Of a DNA stretch of 64,000 nt, positions 39,668-49,698 are shown one piece after another. A program made the translations under genes and the position numbers. Location of the stretch: the NCBI GenBank assembly GCA_965203805.1, contig OZ241917.1:5536001-5600000 (forward strand), in the 5' to 3' direction. How positions within the stretch are numbered: the stretch's first letter is position 1; each line of letters begins with the position of its first letter. The DNA is from Candidatus Latescibacterota bacterium. GTDB taxonomy: Bacteria; Latescibacterota; UBA2968; GCA-2709665. A model generated the notes under the pieces. That model searched no databases, was not told the DNA's origin, and worked only from the letters and a program-made list of their open reading frames with translations.

Positions 39668-41170
39668 CTACCGGTTTCGGGTTCGCAGACACTGCCTGAC
39701 GGCCGCGAGGCAGACTTCGACGACCGTGTCCGTATTCATGACGAGCGCGTGCACGTCGTCGCGATTGCCGGACATTTCGATGAGAAAGGCGGCCGGCGTG
39801 CCGCGCTCGGCCGCGTAGGAGATGCAATAGGGTTCGGGTGGGCGGAATCCGGTAATGCGGTCCATATTGACCTGCTGGTACGCGCCGGCGTACGGCTTCT
39901 GGGTCAGAAAACGGTCTTTCAGGCGGTCCCGGATATCGGCGTGAATCGCTGCGAGCAGTTCGCCGTCACCCTTGTGGGGCAGCATCATGATATAATCGGC
40001 TGTATGGAAGTCGATCACGCAGAGCGGCCGGCGTTCGTCGATGATTCGCTGGATGACCCGGGTCTCCCGTTCGGACGCGGGTTTCGTGCCCATGTAATTG
40101 TAGTCCCAGGGCATCCGCACGTCCTGCGTGTATTGGAAGTTCTCCCAATTGCAGTCGAAGTTGCGGTTCAGGTCGACCCCCCTTGAGTTCTGGCGGGTGA
40201 ACCGGTCGAATCCTCCCGGGTTCTGCACCGGCAGCATCTTGAAATGCAGTCTCCTCGTGTTCATCCCTTCCACGTCCGGATTCCGGCACAGGACTTCCGC
40301 AAGGCGCAGCAGGCCGTACGCGTTCTCCCACTCCCATCCGTGGATGGCGGCCCCGAAACACATGGTGGGGTTGGTTTCATCGCCGACGTTCAGGGAGTAG
40401 ATCGGCCTGCCGTCGCTGGAACGTCCTTCGTCCTCGACGTGGAGGTCCGGGACCTGTTCCGCGGTGTCGAACATCAGGTCGACGAAACCGTCGTAGGAAA
40501 GGCGTTCCGGATAGTGTTTTCCGTAATGGACGGCGTTATTGACGATATTTCCGAGGAAGAGGTATTTGTTCGTGCTCCCCCAGGAATTGTACCACGGGCG
40601 CACCGGCGATACGAGGTCCATCGCCACGATGCGGCCGTCTCCGACTTTCTCTTCCAGCATGACGGCGCCGCCGTTCAGGTTGGAGACGCCGAGAACGGTG
40701 ACACTTCCGGAAGTTTCCACGCCCATGATCTGACGCTGGAACATCTGGTTGGCGTAGGTCTGGTCCGGTGCGCTGGTGACGGTGCCGTACCACCATAAGA
40801 CGTCGCCGACGGCGTAGCCGCGGGTCACGTCGTTTTCGATTTCGATGCGCATTTCCGGACGGATCCGGTCCTGCACGTGGGTCTTGCTGAAGTGCAGGCC
40901 GCGGTTGCGCGCGTACTCGAACAGGCAGGAGATGACCTGCCCCCCGGAGTCCGCGAATGCGGTGACGGCGTGGTAGTCCAGATTCCGCAGGTTGCGCCCG
41001 TCGTTCACCACGGTGACGACGAATTCATGCTCGCCGAGAATGCCTTCGTCGTGAGGATCGTTCACGAAGTTCAGGCGTCTGACCTTGCCCGGGTACAGAA
41101 CGTCGAGATCGGCCGCGATCGTTCCGCCGGGGCCGTCCGTAAGCAGGAGGATGTTCTGATCGGATTGCAT
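39668..41170 (-). CDS. M14 zinc carboxypeptidase-domain protein with an extra N-terminal domain
   Basis: IHGWE, NPGG, RQNSRGVDLNRNF, SERET and IDFH. Confidence 0.82.
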   Translation of the reverse strand: MQSDQNILLLTDGPGGTIAADLDVLYPGKVRRLNFVNDPHDEGILGEHEFVVTVVNDGRNLRNLDYHAVTAFADSGGQVISCLFEYARNRGLHFSKTHVQDRIRPEMRIEIENDVTRGYAVGDVLWWYGTVTSAPDQTYANQMFQRQIMGVETSGSVTVLGVSNLNGGAVMLEEKVGDGRIVAMDLVSPVRPWYNSWGSTNKYLFLGNIVNNAVHYGKHYPERLSYDGFVDLMFDTAEQVPDLHVEDEGRSSDGRPIYSLNVGDETNPTMCFGAAIHGWEWENAYGLLRLAEVLCRNPDVEGMNTRRLHFKMLPVQNPGGFDRFTRQNSRGVDLNRNFDCNWENFQYTQDVRMPWDYNYMGTKPASERETRVIQRIIDERRPLCVIDFHTADYIMMLPHKGDGELLAAIHADIRDRLKDRFLTQKPYAGAYQQVNMDRITGFRPPEPYCISYAAERGTPAAFLIEMSGNRDDVHALVMNTDTVVEVCLAAVRQCLRTRNR

Positions 41171-41194
41171 GGTGAATGCCGGTTGCCGGCCCGG

Positions 41195-42226
41195 TCACGA
41201 ACGATCGTCCGGTGGTCCCGTGAACGCTGCGGGGTTGACGACGTTTCTGAGCGGCTGGCCGAGCAGAGCCCTTCTGCAGATCTCGGCGGTACTGGTGCGC
41301 AGGTCCGCCAGGCTCTGCTCCGAGTAGAAGGCGGAATGCGGCGTCAGGAGCACGCGGTGGTGCGCGGGGTGGGCCGGGTCCCGCCAGGCGACGATGAGTG
41401 GATCATCCTCATCGAGCTGTTCCCATTCGAAAACGTCGATCCCGGCCCCCGCCAGACGACCGGATGCGACGGCGTGCGGGATCGACGACGTGTCAACGAT
41501 CGGGCCGCGGGCGGTGTTCACAAGGTACGAGCCTTCGGGCATGAGCGCGATGGCTTCGGCGTCGATCAGGTGGCGGGTCTCGTCCGTCAGCGGGCAGTGG
41601 ATGCTGAGCGTGAAGGCCTGCCCGAGGGTTTCCTCCAGGGTTTCCACGCGACGTATTCCGAGGGCCTTGGCGTATCCGTCCGGCTTATACGGGTCGTAGA
41701 AACAAACGTCCATCCCCAGCGCCTTTGCGCGCAGGGCGGCCGCGGTGCCGATCCGGCCCAGTCCGACGATCGCGAATACGCTGCCGCGGATGCGCTGCAG
41801 GGGCGCCGCCTGGGAGGGAGACCAGGGTCCCCGGGCGGCGCGCAGCCGGGAGTTGAGAAACGCAACGCCCCGGATCATTGAAACCGCCATGCCGACGGCC
41901 GCATCGGCCACGTCTTCGGTGCCGTAGTCGGGCACGTTGCAGACGGGAATGCCCAATTCACGCGCGCGGGCCACGTCAACATTATCGAAGCCGACGCCGC
42001 CCCGGGCGATGACTTTGCAATTCCGGAGGCGGTCCAGGGTCGGCGCGGAAATCACGATATAATGGTAGGGTATGATGGCGTGGGCGGTTTCGATCCGGCC
42101 CGCGAGTTCGTCTTCCCGGGTCGCGTTCAGAACCCGGACGTCTGCAACGTCGCGAAGGATTTCCCTCTCGAGATCGGGATTGGAGATGAAATCCGTGATG
42201 ACGACGTCTAATTTGCGTCTGGTCAT
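41195..42226 (-). CDS. D-2-hydroxyacid dehydrogenase (CtBP-like)
   Basis: GVGFDNVD, CNVPDYG, GLGRIG, VNTARG and TPHSAFYS. Confidence 0.92.
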   Translation of the reverse strand: MTRRKLDVVITDFISNPDLEREILRDVADVRVLNATREDELAGRIETAHAIIPYHYIVISAPTLDRLRNCKVIARGGVGFDNVDVARARELGIPVCNVPDYGTEDVADAAVGMAVSMIRGVAFLNSRLRAARGPWSPSQAAPLQRIRGSVFAIVGLGRIGTAAALRAKALGMDVCFYDPYKPDGYAKALGIRRVETLEETLGQAFTLSIHCPLTDETRHLIDAEAIALMPEGSYLVNTARGPIVDTSSIPHAVASGRLAGAGIDVFEWEQLDEDDPLIVAWRDPAHPAHHRVLLTPHSAFYSEQSLADLRTSTAEICRRALLGQPLRNVVNPAAFTGPPDDRS

Positions 42227-43482
42227 AAGGCATTGTACCCGAGCCCGCGCCAGCGCTCGCGGGCGGATTGGATGGCGTCCCGGCCCGGCTTCACGTAGCC
42301 CCGCGTGCTGGGCGGAGGCTGGCCGGGCCCCGCGTCTTCCGGATAGGGCGACCAGTGGTCCTCCACGTAGGGCGCGCAGGCCGTCTTCCGCCGGAAATCG
42401 GGAATCGGAAACGGGGCGCCGTTCTCAAGGCAGGAACGCCAGGCCTGCACGCCGACGGCGGCCATCGCCACGCCCCGGTACACGTTCAGATATGGCTGGC
42501 GGCCGGATCGGATGGCGCGCGCGAAGTGGAAATTCGTCCAGAAGTCCCCGCCTCCGTGGCCCGCCTTCCGGGCGAGATCACCGTGTTCGGGCCAGTCGGC
42601 GGTGTAGGTGCGGTCCACTGGCTGCCCCTTTTCCCGCAGCCAGTCTTCGTGGTGAATGCGGACGCAGCTCCAATGGTTGGGTTCGGCGGTGGCGATGAGA
42701 CCCCGTTCGCCGTGAATTTCGTAGCGCACCCTGTGGATGGAACTCAGCTGCAGGCCCAGGATCCGAAAGACGGCGCCGTTGTCCATCCGGACCAGAATCA
42801 GACCGCCCTGGTCTCCCACGCGCACGCGGTGGGGCGACTGGGTGGGCTCTTCGACGATGGACAACGCGTTGACGGAAACGGGCATGGTCCCCGTGATGCA
42901 CATCAGGGGAGCGAGCGCGTGGCTGCAGTAATAGGTGGGCGGGATCCAGTTTCGCCAGTGGTTCAGACCCGGTGAGATGCCCAGCCGCCAGTTTTCCTCG
43001 GCGGCGTGGTTGTATTCGCCTTCGGCGTAGGTGACGTTTCCGATTTCTCCGCCGCGGTAAAGCCGGCGCAGTTCCTGGTTGGCCGAGGAGAAGGGGTAGT
43101 TCTCGGCGAACATGTAGATGCGGCCGCTCGCCTCCACCGCGCGGCACAGCGCGACGCCTTCGGCGAGCGTCTTGCACGCGGCGGTCTCACTCATCACGTG
43201 TTTTTCCGCCTGAAGCGCCTTGATGGCGAAGGGCGCGTGCTCGTGGCTGTAATTCGCCAGGATGACCGCGTCCATATCATGTTCGAGAAAACGGTCGTAG
43301 TCAGTATAGGTCGCGACCCCGTATTCCCGGCCGACCTGTTCAAGCTTCTCCTTCCAAGTGTCGCAAAGCGCGACGAGCTTCATGCCCACGGCGCCGGTCG
43401 CTCCCCTGGCGAAGCTCTGACCCCGTCCCACGCCGATGACGCCCACCCGGATGGGTCGGTCACGGGACTCGGGTTTTGGCAT
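42223..43482 (-). CDS. Gfo/Idh/MocA family oxidoreductase
   Basis: VGVIGVGRG, KHVMSE, AENY and GHGGGD. Confidence 0.88.
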   Translation of the reverse strand: MPKPESRDRPIRVGVIGVGRGQSFARGATGAVGMKLVALCDTWKEKLEQVGREYGVATYTDYDRFLEHDMDAVILANYSHEHAPFAIKALQAEKHVMSETAACKTLAEGVALCRAVEASGRIYMFAENYPFSSANQELRRLYRGGEIGNVTYAEGEYNHAAEENWRLGISPGLNHWRNWIPPTYYCSHALAPLMCITGTMPVSVNALSIVEEPTQSPHRVRVGDQGGLILVRMDNGAVFRILGLQLSSIHRVRYEIHGERGLIATAEPNHWSCVRIHHEDWLREKGQPVDRTYTADWPEHGDLARKAGHGGGDFWTNFHFARAIRSGRQPYLNVYRGVAMAAVGVQAWRSCLENGAPFPIPDFRRKTACAPYVEDHWSPYPEDAGPGQPPPSTRGYVKPGRDAIQSARERWRGLGYNAL

Positions 43483-43555
43483 AAGCGGTGCTCCTTGCGG
43501 TCGTACAGTTGAGGATCGGTCGGGTCTTTGAATTGGCGGTGGTCAATCAGTGCGC

Positions 43556-44413
43556 TCAGCCTTCGAGCAGCCGCCTCAGATAGGCTCCCTGCCCGCCAAG
43601 TTTGGCGTCGTCGTCGCCGGGCCCGAAGTCTTCCAGCGAAAGGTACCCGGCATAGCCGACGTCTTTGAAGTCGCGGATGATCTGGCCGACGTCCGCAATC
43701 CCTTCCCTCATGTCGGCGAAGTCCCATTCCCATTCACGGGCGCCCATGCCGTCTCGACCGGTGGAGACGGGTTTTCCGTTTCCGACGTGGCAGTGCGCGA
43801 GATAGGGGCCGAGCAGCTCCATGCCCATTCTGGTGTCTTCCAGGCCCACGCGCAGCATGTTCGGAACATCGTAAATAGCGCCGATATGTTCCGGGTCCAG
43901 GTCGCGCAGCAGTTCGATGGCGCGCGAACAGGTGACGGCGACGGTGCCGACGTGGATCTCGTAGAGGATCCTGACGTTGTACTCCCTGGCGGTTTCGACG
44001 AGGGTTGCGAAACCCGCTCGCGCGTTGAGAAACTGGGGCCAGTAAGGCTGCGTCCGGTCGTGCCGTGGCGCGCCGATTCGGATCATCGGCGGGCTGTCGG
44101 GGTTCAGCGCCGCCGCGCCGCGGAACAGTTTCTCCACGACGTCGGTGTCTTCCAGCGTGACGTTCGGCGCCAGGGCGATCACCTGTATGCCGGTACGCCT
44201 CTCGGCGGCCCTGATCGCTTCGGCCTTTTGAATGATGTTGTCCGGACTGACGTCCGAGAGGTGGCGGCCCCAGAATGAGGGGGCCTCGCTATCGTCGCCG
44301 GGGTTGTAGCGGCAACGCAGTTCGATGCCGTCGTACCCGTGTTCGGCCAGCTTGTCGAACGTGCGGTCCAGGTCCCATCGGGGCAGCATGACAGACGTGC
44401 AGGAGAGTTTCAT
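43556..44413 (-). CDS. Sugar phosphate isomerase/epimerase (xylose isomerase-like TIM barrel)
   Basis: GYDGIELR, YEIH, YDVPN, HCH and GYLSLE. Confidence 0.85.
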   Translation of the reverse strand: MKLSCTSVMLPRWDLDRTFDKLAEHGYDGIELRCRYNPGDDSEAPSFWGRHLSDVSPDNIIQKAEAIRAAERRTGIQVIALAPNVTLEDTDVVEKLFRGAAALNPDSPPMIRIGAPRHDRTQPYWPQFLNARAGFATLVETAREYNVRILYEIHVGTVAVTCSRAIELLRDLDPEHIGAIYDVPNMLRVGLEDTRMGMELLGPYLAHCHVGNGKPVSTGRDGMGAREWEWDFADMREGIADVGQIIRDFKDVGYAGYLSLEDFGPGDDDAKLGGQGAYLRRLLEG

Positions 44414-44436
44414 TTTGCCTCCGGATTCGCTGCGTA

Positions 44437-45501
44437 TTACGGTATGAATCGGGTCTTCGGGCCGATCGCCAGAATGAATTCGGTGAGCAGGGCCACGGTC
44501 CGGTCCAGGTCCTTGAGAGACAGGATTTCCACGGGTGTGTGCATATAACGCAGCGCCACGCTGACCAGCCCGGTGGCCACGCCGGCGCGTGTGAGCTGTA
44601 TGGCGTTCGCGTCGGTTCCGGTTCCGCCGGACGCGGCTTCGATCTGATAAGGCACGTCGGCCTTTCGCGCCGCGGCCACGAGGCGTTTGAAGACAACCGG
44701 ATTGATGTTGGCGCCGCGGGCGATGACGGGCCCGGCGCCCACCTTGAGGTCGCCGTCGCGGCGTTTGTCCACGTCGGGGTGATCGGTCGCGCATGCGACG
44801 TCGAGGCCGATGCCGAGGCGCGGATCGATGCCGTACGCGCTGGTTTTCGCGCCGCGCAGGCCGATCTCCTCCTGAACGGTGGCAACGGCGTACAGGGCGG
44901 CCCGGGACGGTTTATCGGAGCGGGCGACACAGCGAAGGGTCTCCGCCGCGATATAGGCGCCCATTTTGTTGTCGAAGGCGCGGGAGACGGCCAGGTCTCC
45001 ACGGATCATTTCGAAATTGGGATCGTAGGTGACGGGGTCGCCGATGTCGACGATTTTTCCGGCCTCCTTCGCGTCTCCCGCACCGATGTCGATCCAGAGT
45101 TCATGGACCCCGGGCGTTTTCTTCCGGTCCTCCGCCGTCATCAGATGGATCGGTTTCTTGCCGAAGACGCCCGAGACGGCGCCGGATGACGTATGGATGC
45201 GGACTTTCCTGCCCGGGACGATATTCGTGTCGAAGCCGCCGATGGTGTTGACGTAGATAAACCCGTTGTCGTCTATATGGTTGACCTGAAATCCCAGTTC
45301 ATCCATATGTCCGGCCAGCATGATTCGCGGGCCGCCTTTGGCGTTGTGCACGGCAATCGCGTTGCCGTGCGCGTCGACCGTGACCCTGTCCGCGTATTTC
45401 TTCGTTTCCGCCGTCCAGACCTCACGAACGGGTCCTTCGTACCCGGATGGACCCGGGGCATTGAGCATGGCTTCGAGAAAAGCACGGGAAGACTTGCGCA
45501 T
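44437..45501 (-). CDS. M42 family aminopeptidase (TET/FrvX-like)
   Basis: GPSGYE, AGHMDE, AFDNK, VQEEIGLRGA, GTDA and RYMHTP. Confidence 0.93.
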   Translation of the reverse strand: MRKSSRAFLEAMLNAPGPSGYEGPVREVWTAETKKYADRVTVDAHGNAIAVHNAKGGPRIMLAGHMDELGFQVNHIDDNGFIYVNTIGGFDTNIVPGRKVRIHTSSGAVSGVFGKKPIHLMTAEDRKKTPGVHELWIDIGAGDAKEAGKIVDIGDPVTYDPNFEMIRGDLAVSRAFDNKMGAYIAAETLRCVARSDKPSRAALYAVATVQEEIGLRGAKTSAYGIDPRLGIGLDVACATDHPDVDKRRDGDLKVGAGPVIARGANINPVVFKRLVAAARKADVPYQIEAASGGTGTDANAIQLTRAGVATGLVSVALRYMHTPVEILSLKDLDRTVALLTEFILAIGPKTRFIP

Positions 45502-45538
45502 CGCTCTCCTTTCCCCTTTAATTCACGATTCGGAACTT

Positions 45539-45747
45539 ACACGGATAAACAGGATGAACAGGATAAAACCGAAAAGCGCGAGAACAAGAACATCAGAAAC
45601 TACGAAACACGCGAAGAATACGAAAAAGGCGACAACCTGAATCATCCACAAAAACAGAACTCACATGGATGGACCTGCCTGCTGAAGCAGGCGAGGCAGG
45701 CAGGATGAACAGGATAAAAACCAAAGAACGCGAGAAAACGAAAATCC
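45539..45747 (+). repeat. Two tandem copies of an ACAYGGAT-(CAGGATGAA)n repeat, the second carrying a 27-nt palindrome
   Basis: ACACGGATAAACAGGATGAACAGGATAAAACC and ACATGGATGGA[27 nt]CAGGATGAACAGGATAAAAACC, each followed by a similar A-rich tail. Confidence 0.75.
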
Positions 45748-45896
45748 GTGCCAGTTCTTGCATCCGCGTGATGACCGCTGGCTAATTTATCACGGGGAGC
45801 ACCGTATTGTTAACATCCTCCCACTCTTCTTTGGTGGGCCTGGATGTCGGCTATTTGCAATTCATGAAAGTAAACGAAAGCTGACAACTGCTCTTT

Positions 45897-45947
45897 CTGA
45901 CCACTGACCACTGGCCACTGTCCACCATTTACTGCTCCTGGTAATAA
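45897..45947 (-). repeat. Second copy of the heptamer-repeat element seen at 30257
   Basis: Reverse complement reads TTATTACCAGGAGCAGTAAATGGTGGACAGTGGCCAGTGGTCAGTGGTCAG. Confidence 0.65.
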
Positions 45948-45953
45948 AACTTC

Positions 45954-46982
45954 TCAGAATACAGCCCGTTTTCGGCATTGTTCGATGACCCGTATCAATT
46001 CACGCGATTCATGGGTTTTGATATAGGGCTCCGCGTTTCGGGTAAACGTCTCATGGATGTTCGCGTAGAAGTCGAGTTCCGCTTCGGGACGAATCGGCAC
46101 GGTCTCTTCCCGCCAGGGGAGCCGGTCCTGGTTGTCGTAACTGCGCCCCGGCGCCGCCCCTTCGATGACGGTCAGTGCCGGGGCCCGGGCGGGCTCGTAG
46201 TACCGGATACGGAAGGCGTTCTCTGACTGTACGAGGGTTCCATAGTGCCCGCAGACGTGCCAGGGCGGAAGGGGCAGGGACGCCGCCTGGTTGATTTCCA
46301 GATCGAGTAGCTGGTTCTCTTCGGTCTTGAGCCAGATTCTGACCACGTCGTCCGCGTCTCCACGTGTCGCAACCGCCCAGAGGTTGCATCGGATATCGGA
46401 AACGGGCGTGCCGTCGGAGAGGTTGAGCAGCTGGTCGATGTAGTGGGCGCCGTAGTTGTTGAGCATGCCGCCGCCGTTCTTGCGCAGGCTCTGCCAGTCG
46501 TTGCGCCGCACGTAACGCGTCAGCGACCGGCGGATGAGGTAGACCGGGCCGAGAATCCCGCTGTCGATAACACTCTTGAGCGTCTGCGTTTCAGCTGAAA
46601 GGCGATGCGGCTGGTAGACGAGCGCGCGGCGGCCGTGCCGTTCCGCTTCATCGACAATGCGGTCGGCCGACTTCAGCGTGGTGGTCATCGGCTTTTCGAG
46701 GATCACGTGACAGCCTTCGCGGAGCGCTCGCCGGGCATGACGTTCGTGAAGTCTCGTGGGGGTCGCAACGACCAGGACGTCCGGGCGTTCTTTTTCCCAG
46801 AAAGCGCGCATGGTCCTGTACGTCCGACAGCCGGAAAGCGCGGCGGCCTCCTCAAGGCGTTCCGTCAGCGGATCGATGACGGCATCGAGCCGATATTGGG
46901 GCGAGTCCTTGAGTTCCTTGAAATGCCTGGACCATCCGGCCCGGCCCAGTCCGGCAATTGCCACGTGCAGCGGTTCCGCCAT
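45954..46982 (-). CDS. Gfo/Idh/MocA family oxidoreductase
   Basis: GLGRAG, VATP..LH, HVILEKP and GGGMLNNYGAH.ID. Confidence 0.92.
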   Translation of the reverse strand: MAEPLHVAIAGLGRAGWSRHFKELKDSPQYRLDAVIDPLTERLEEAAALSGCRTYRTMRAFWEKERPDVLVVATPTRLHERHARRALREGCHVILEKPMTTTLKSADRIVDEAERHGRRALVYQPHRLSAETQTLKSVIDSGILGPVYLIRRSLTRYVRRNDWQSLRKNGGGMLNNYGAHYIDQLLNLSDGTPVSDIRCNLWAVATRGDADDVVRIWLKTEENQLLDLEINQAASLPLPPWHVCGHYGTLVQSENAFRIRYYEPARAPALTVIEGAAPGRSYDNQDRLPWREETVPIRPEAELDFYANIHETFTRNAEPYIKTHESRELIRVIEQCRKRAVF

Positions 46983-47015
46983 GGGCGTGGTATCCTGAGG
47001 CGTAAAGTTCGAAAG

Positions 47016-47044
47016 TTGACGCCCTTGCATTCTCTGTCTATATT
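47016..47044 (+). promoter_or_regulatory. Sigma70-type promoter for the membrane protein and polX
   Basis: TTGACG-N17-TATATT. Confidence 0.55.
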
Positions 47045-47081
47045 CGTGCGAACGGCACAAATAATATAGCCTTCGACCCAA

Positions 47082-47756
47082 ATGTCCATAGAAATCGTCA
47101 GCAGCCCATGGGCTATGCGACGGTTTGGGATACGAAAGGCGGGCGGTTCTCGTTGTGTATCCATGAACGGGAGGTTTGCGGTGAGCGCAGGGTCAGGACC
47201 ATCGGGCGCTTCCGAAGGTGTGAAATCGACGACGATGCAGGCGGCCATCCTGGGCATGCTCGTTGTGAATATCCCACTGTTGCTGATCAGCTTCGGCATG
47301 GGGTACGCGTCGAGGTACGACTGGATGTCCGTTACCGTGGGCGCCCACCTGAAGGTGGGGCTTCTGGCCTCGTTTCTGACGGTCCTCACGCAGACGACAA
47401 CGATGTTTTACTTTATGGGAACGGGTTCGGCCATCAAGGCAGAGGTGCGTGAGCGCGGTCTGGATCAAGAGTTTCTGGCCCGTGCCCGTGGGTTCAAAGG
47501 CAGTTTTTTCTACCTGCTGACGTTCGGCATCCTGCTGATCATGGTCACGGCAATGATCGGCGGCGGCGCGCACGCCGACCTGCTCCTGGGCGTCGGCAAG
47601 GACGGACGGACGTTCTATTCCATTCTGCACGAGGTCCTTGCGGTCCTGAGCCTGCTGGTGAATATGATCGCCTTCATCCTGACGCCGGTCTATATCCAGA
47701 AAAATAACCGGCTGCTGGATGACGTTGGACGTACCCGGGCCGGGGCGCCGGAGTAA
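47082..47756 (+). CDS. Hypothetical four-TM membrane protein (true start may be 47220 or 47235)
   Basis: Four hydrophobic helices, some with His residues. Confidence 0.7.
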   Translation: MSIEIVSSPWAMRRFGIRKAGGSRCVSMNGRFAVSAGSGPSGASEGVKSTTMQAAILGMLVVNIPLLLISFGMGYASRYDWMSVTVGAHLKVGLLASFLTVLTQTTTMFYFMGTGSAIKAEVRERGLDQEFLARARGFKGSFFYLLTFGILLIMVTAMIGGGAHADLLLGVGKDGRTFYSILHEVLAVLSLLVNMIAFILTPVYIQKNNRLLDDVGRTRAGAPE

Positions 47757-47818
47757 ACGACCGCGGCGGGACGCCAGCGCAACGTATCGCCCCCCGCAAG
47801 CCGATCATGGAGGAGGTT

Positions 47819-49534
47819 ATGGACAACCGTGAGGTCGCGGAAACCCTGGAAGAGATGGCGGCGCTGATGGAACTGAACGGCGAGGGCGGGTTTCGCATAC
47901 GCGCGTACGCCAATGCCGCCCGGGCAATCGATTCCCTCGGGGAACCGGTATCGGCGCTGGCGGCCGGGGGAAAGCTGGATACGGTCCGGGGCGTCGGGAA
48001 GGGACTCGCGGGGCGAATCAGCGAACTCGTGGAGACGGGGCGTCTGCCCGGTCTGGAGGAATTGAAGGCGTCCGTCCCGGAAGGGCTGATGGAGATGACG
48101 GAGATTCCCGGCCTGGGGGCGAAGAGAGTGCGGGCGATCTACGAAGAACTGGGCATCGTGGACGTCGATGCGCTCTCCAGAGCATGCGACTCCGGCGAGC
48201 TGGAATCGATGAGCGGTTTCGGCAGGAAAACGGCCGAACGGATCGCGAACGGCATTCAATACATGCAGAAGCACCGCGGCCGGTTTCTGTGCAATAACGC
48301 ACGCGATGAAGCGGAAGCGATTCGGGCGTATCTCGAAGGCCGGGGGAACGTGGACCGGCTGGCCGTGGCGGGAACGATACGGCGCCGCTGCGAAACGCAC
48401 GGTGAAATCGATCTGGTGGCGTGCGCAACGGATCCCGAAGGGCTTGCCGGGGCATTTGAGGGGTATCGTGAGGTGGAGGAAGTTCTGGAGACCGGAGCGA
48501 CGCCGCTGAGTGTTATGTTGAACTCCGGAATGCGCGCGAATCTGTGGATCGTGGCGGAGGAGGCGTACTCGGCTGCTCTCCATCACGTAACGGGTAGCGC
48601 ATCGCACGTCGCGCAAATGCGCGAGAGGGCGTCGGAAGTTGGATTGAGACTGAGCGAAGAAGGATTGTTTGACGGCGATCGCCGGATTCCCGGTGAGGAC
48701 GAGGCGGCGCTGTTCGAGGCGCTGGGTCTGTCCGAGGTCCCTCCGGAACTGCGGGAGGGCGGAGACGAGGTCCGAGTGGCCGCGGCCGGAGGGCTTCCCC
48801 GACTGGTGAGACGAGAGGATCTGCTGGGGACGCTTCACGTGCATACCCGGCACAGCGACGGCCGGGCGGACGTGATGGAGATGGCGAACGCTGCGGCCGA
48901 CCTGGGCTACACGTATATCGGGATTTGCGACCACAGCAGGGCGGCGGCCTATGCGAACGGCCTGACGGAGGACCGGGTCCGCGCCCAGTGGGAGGAAATC
49001 GACAGCGTCAATGCGGAACGAACGGACATCCGGGTGTTGAAGGGGATCGAGGTGGACATCCTGAGCGACGGGCGTCTGGACTTTGAGGACGAATTCCTGG
49101 CGGAGTTCGACGTTGTCGTGGCGTCGGTGCATTCCAGATTCGGCATGACCGAGGCCGAAGCGACCGAGCGGATCGTACGTGCGGTGCGCAACCCTCACGT
49201 GGACATTCTGGGGCACCCGACCGGGCGATTGTTGCTGGCCCGCGAGGGGTATCCGCTGGATCACCGCGCCGTTATCGACGCGGCGGCCGAGTCCAATACG
49301 GCCATTGAGCTGAACGCCAATCCCCGGCGCCTGGACATGGACTGGCGGCATATCGGATACGCGCGGGAAAAAGGCGTGAAGATTTCTATCAACACCGATG
49401 CCCACAGTATCGAGGGTCTGGAGCAGATGGACCACGGTCTGGGCTGCGGCCGAAAGGGCGGGCTGACCGCCGCGGAGGTCCTTAACGCGATGACTATTGA
49501 TGGTTTCATGTCATGGCGCAACGAATCTGAATAA
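47819..49534 (+). CDS. polX: Family X DNA polymerase/PHP exonuclease with an altered polymerase triad
   Basis: FRIRAY..AA, HhH motifs (GVG, IPGLG) and PPELRE. PHP motifs HVHT..SDG, DHS, GHPTGR and NTDAH. Confidence 0.93.
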   Translation: MDNREVAETLEEMAALMELNGEGGFRIRAYANAARAIDSLGEPVSALAAGGKLDTVRGVGKGLAGRISELVETGRLPGLEELKASVPEGLMEMTEIPGLGAKRVRAIYEELGIVDVDALSRACDSGELESMSGFGRKTAERIANGIQYMQKHRGRFLCNNARDEAEAIRAYLEGRGNVDRLAVAGTIRRRCETHGEIDLVACATDPEGLAGAFEGYREVEEVLETGATPLSVMLNSGMRANLWIVAEEAYSAALHHVTGSASHVAQMRERASEVGLRLSEEGLFDGDRRIPGEDEAALFEALGLSEVPPELREGGDEVRVAAAGGLPRLVRREDLLGTLHVHTRHSDGRADVMEMANAAADLGYTYIGICDHSRAAAYANGLTEDRVRAQWEEIDSVNAERTDIRVLKGIEVDILSDGRLDFEDEFLAEFDVVVASVHSRFGMTEAEATERIVRAVRNPHVDILGHPTGRLLLAREGYPLDHRAVIDAAAESNTAIELNANPRRLDMDWRHIGYAREKGVKISINTDAHSIEGLEQMDHGLGCGRKGGLTAAEVLNAMTIDGFMSWRNESE

Positions 49535-49540
49535 GCGTGA

Positions 49541-49698
49541 AACATGGATGAACCTGCCTGCTGAAGCAGGCGAGGCAGGCAGGATGAGCAGGATTAAGAC
49601 CACAAACCGCAGAACCGTTACTGTGTCCCGCTTTGATTGAGTTATTGTAGGGTTTTTCCCGAATTTGCCTTTAATCCTGTCTATCCTGTGTATCCATG
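49541..49698. repeat. Inverted-repeat element of the CATGGAT/CAGGAT family; target of the group II intron
   Basis: Left arm AACATGGATGAA[27 nt]CAGGATGAGCAGGATTAA; right arm TTAATCCTGTCTATCCTGTGTATCCATG, continuing as TT after the intron. Confidence 0.75.

Noticed and set aside
45539-45950. Repeat cluster as a possible CRISPR array
   Set aside because: Units are short degenerate tandem repeats without regular unique spacers, and no cas genes are present.
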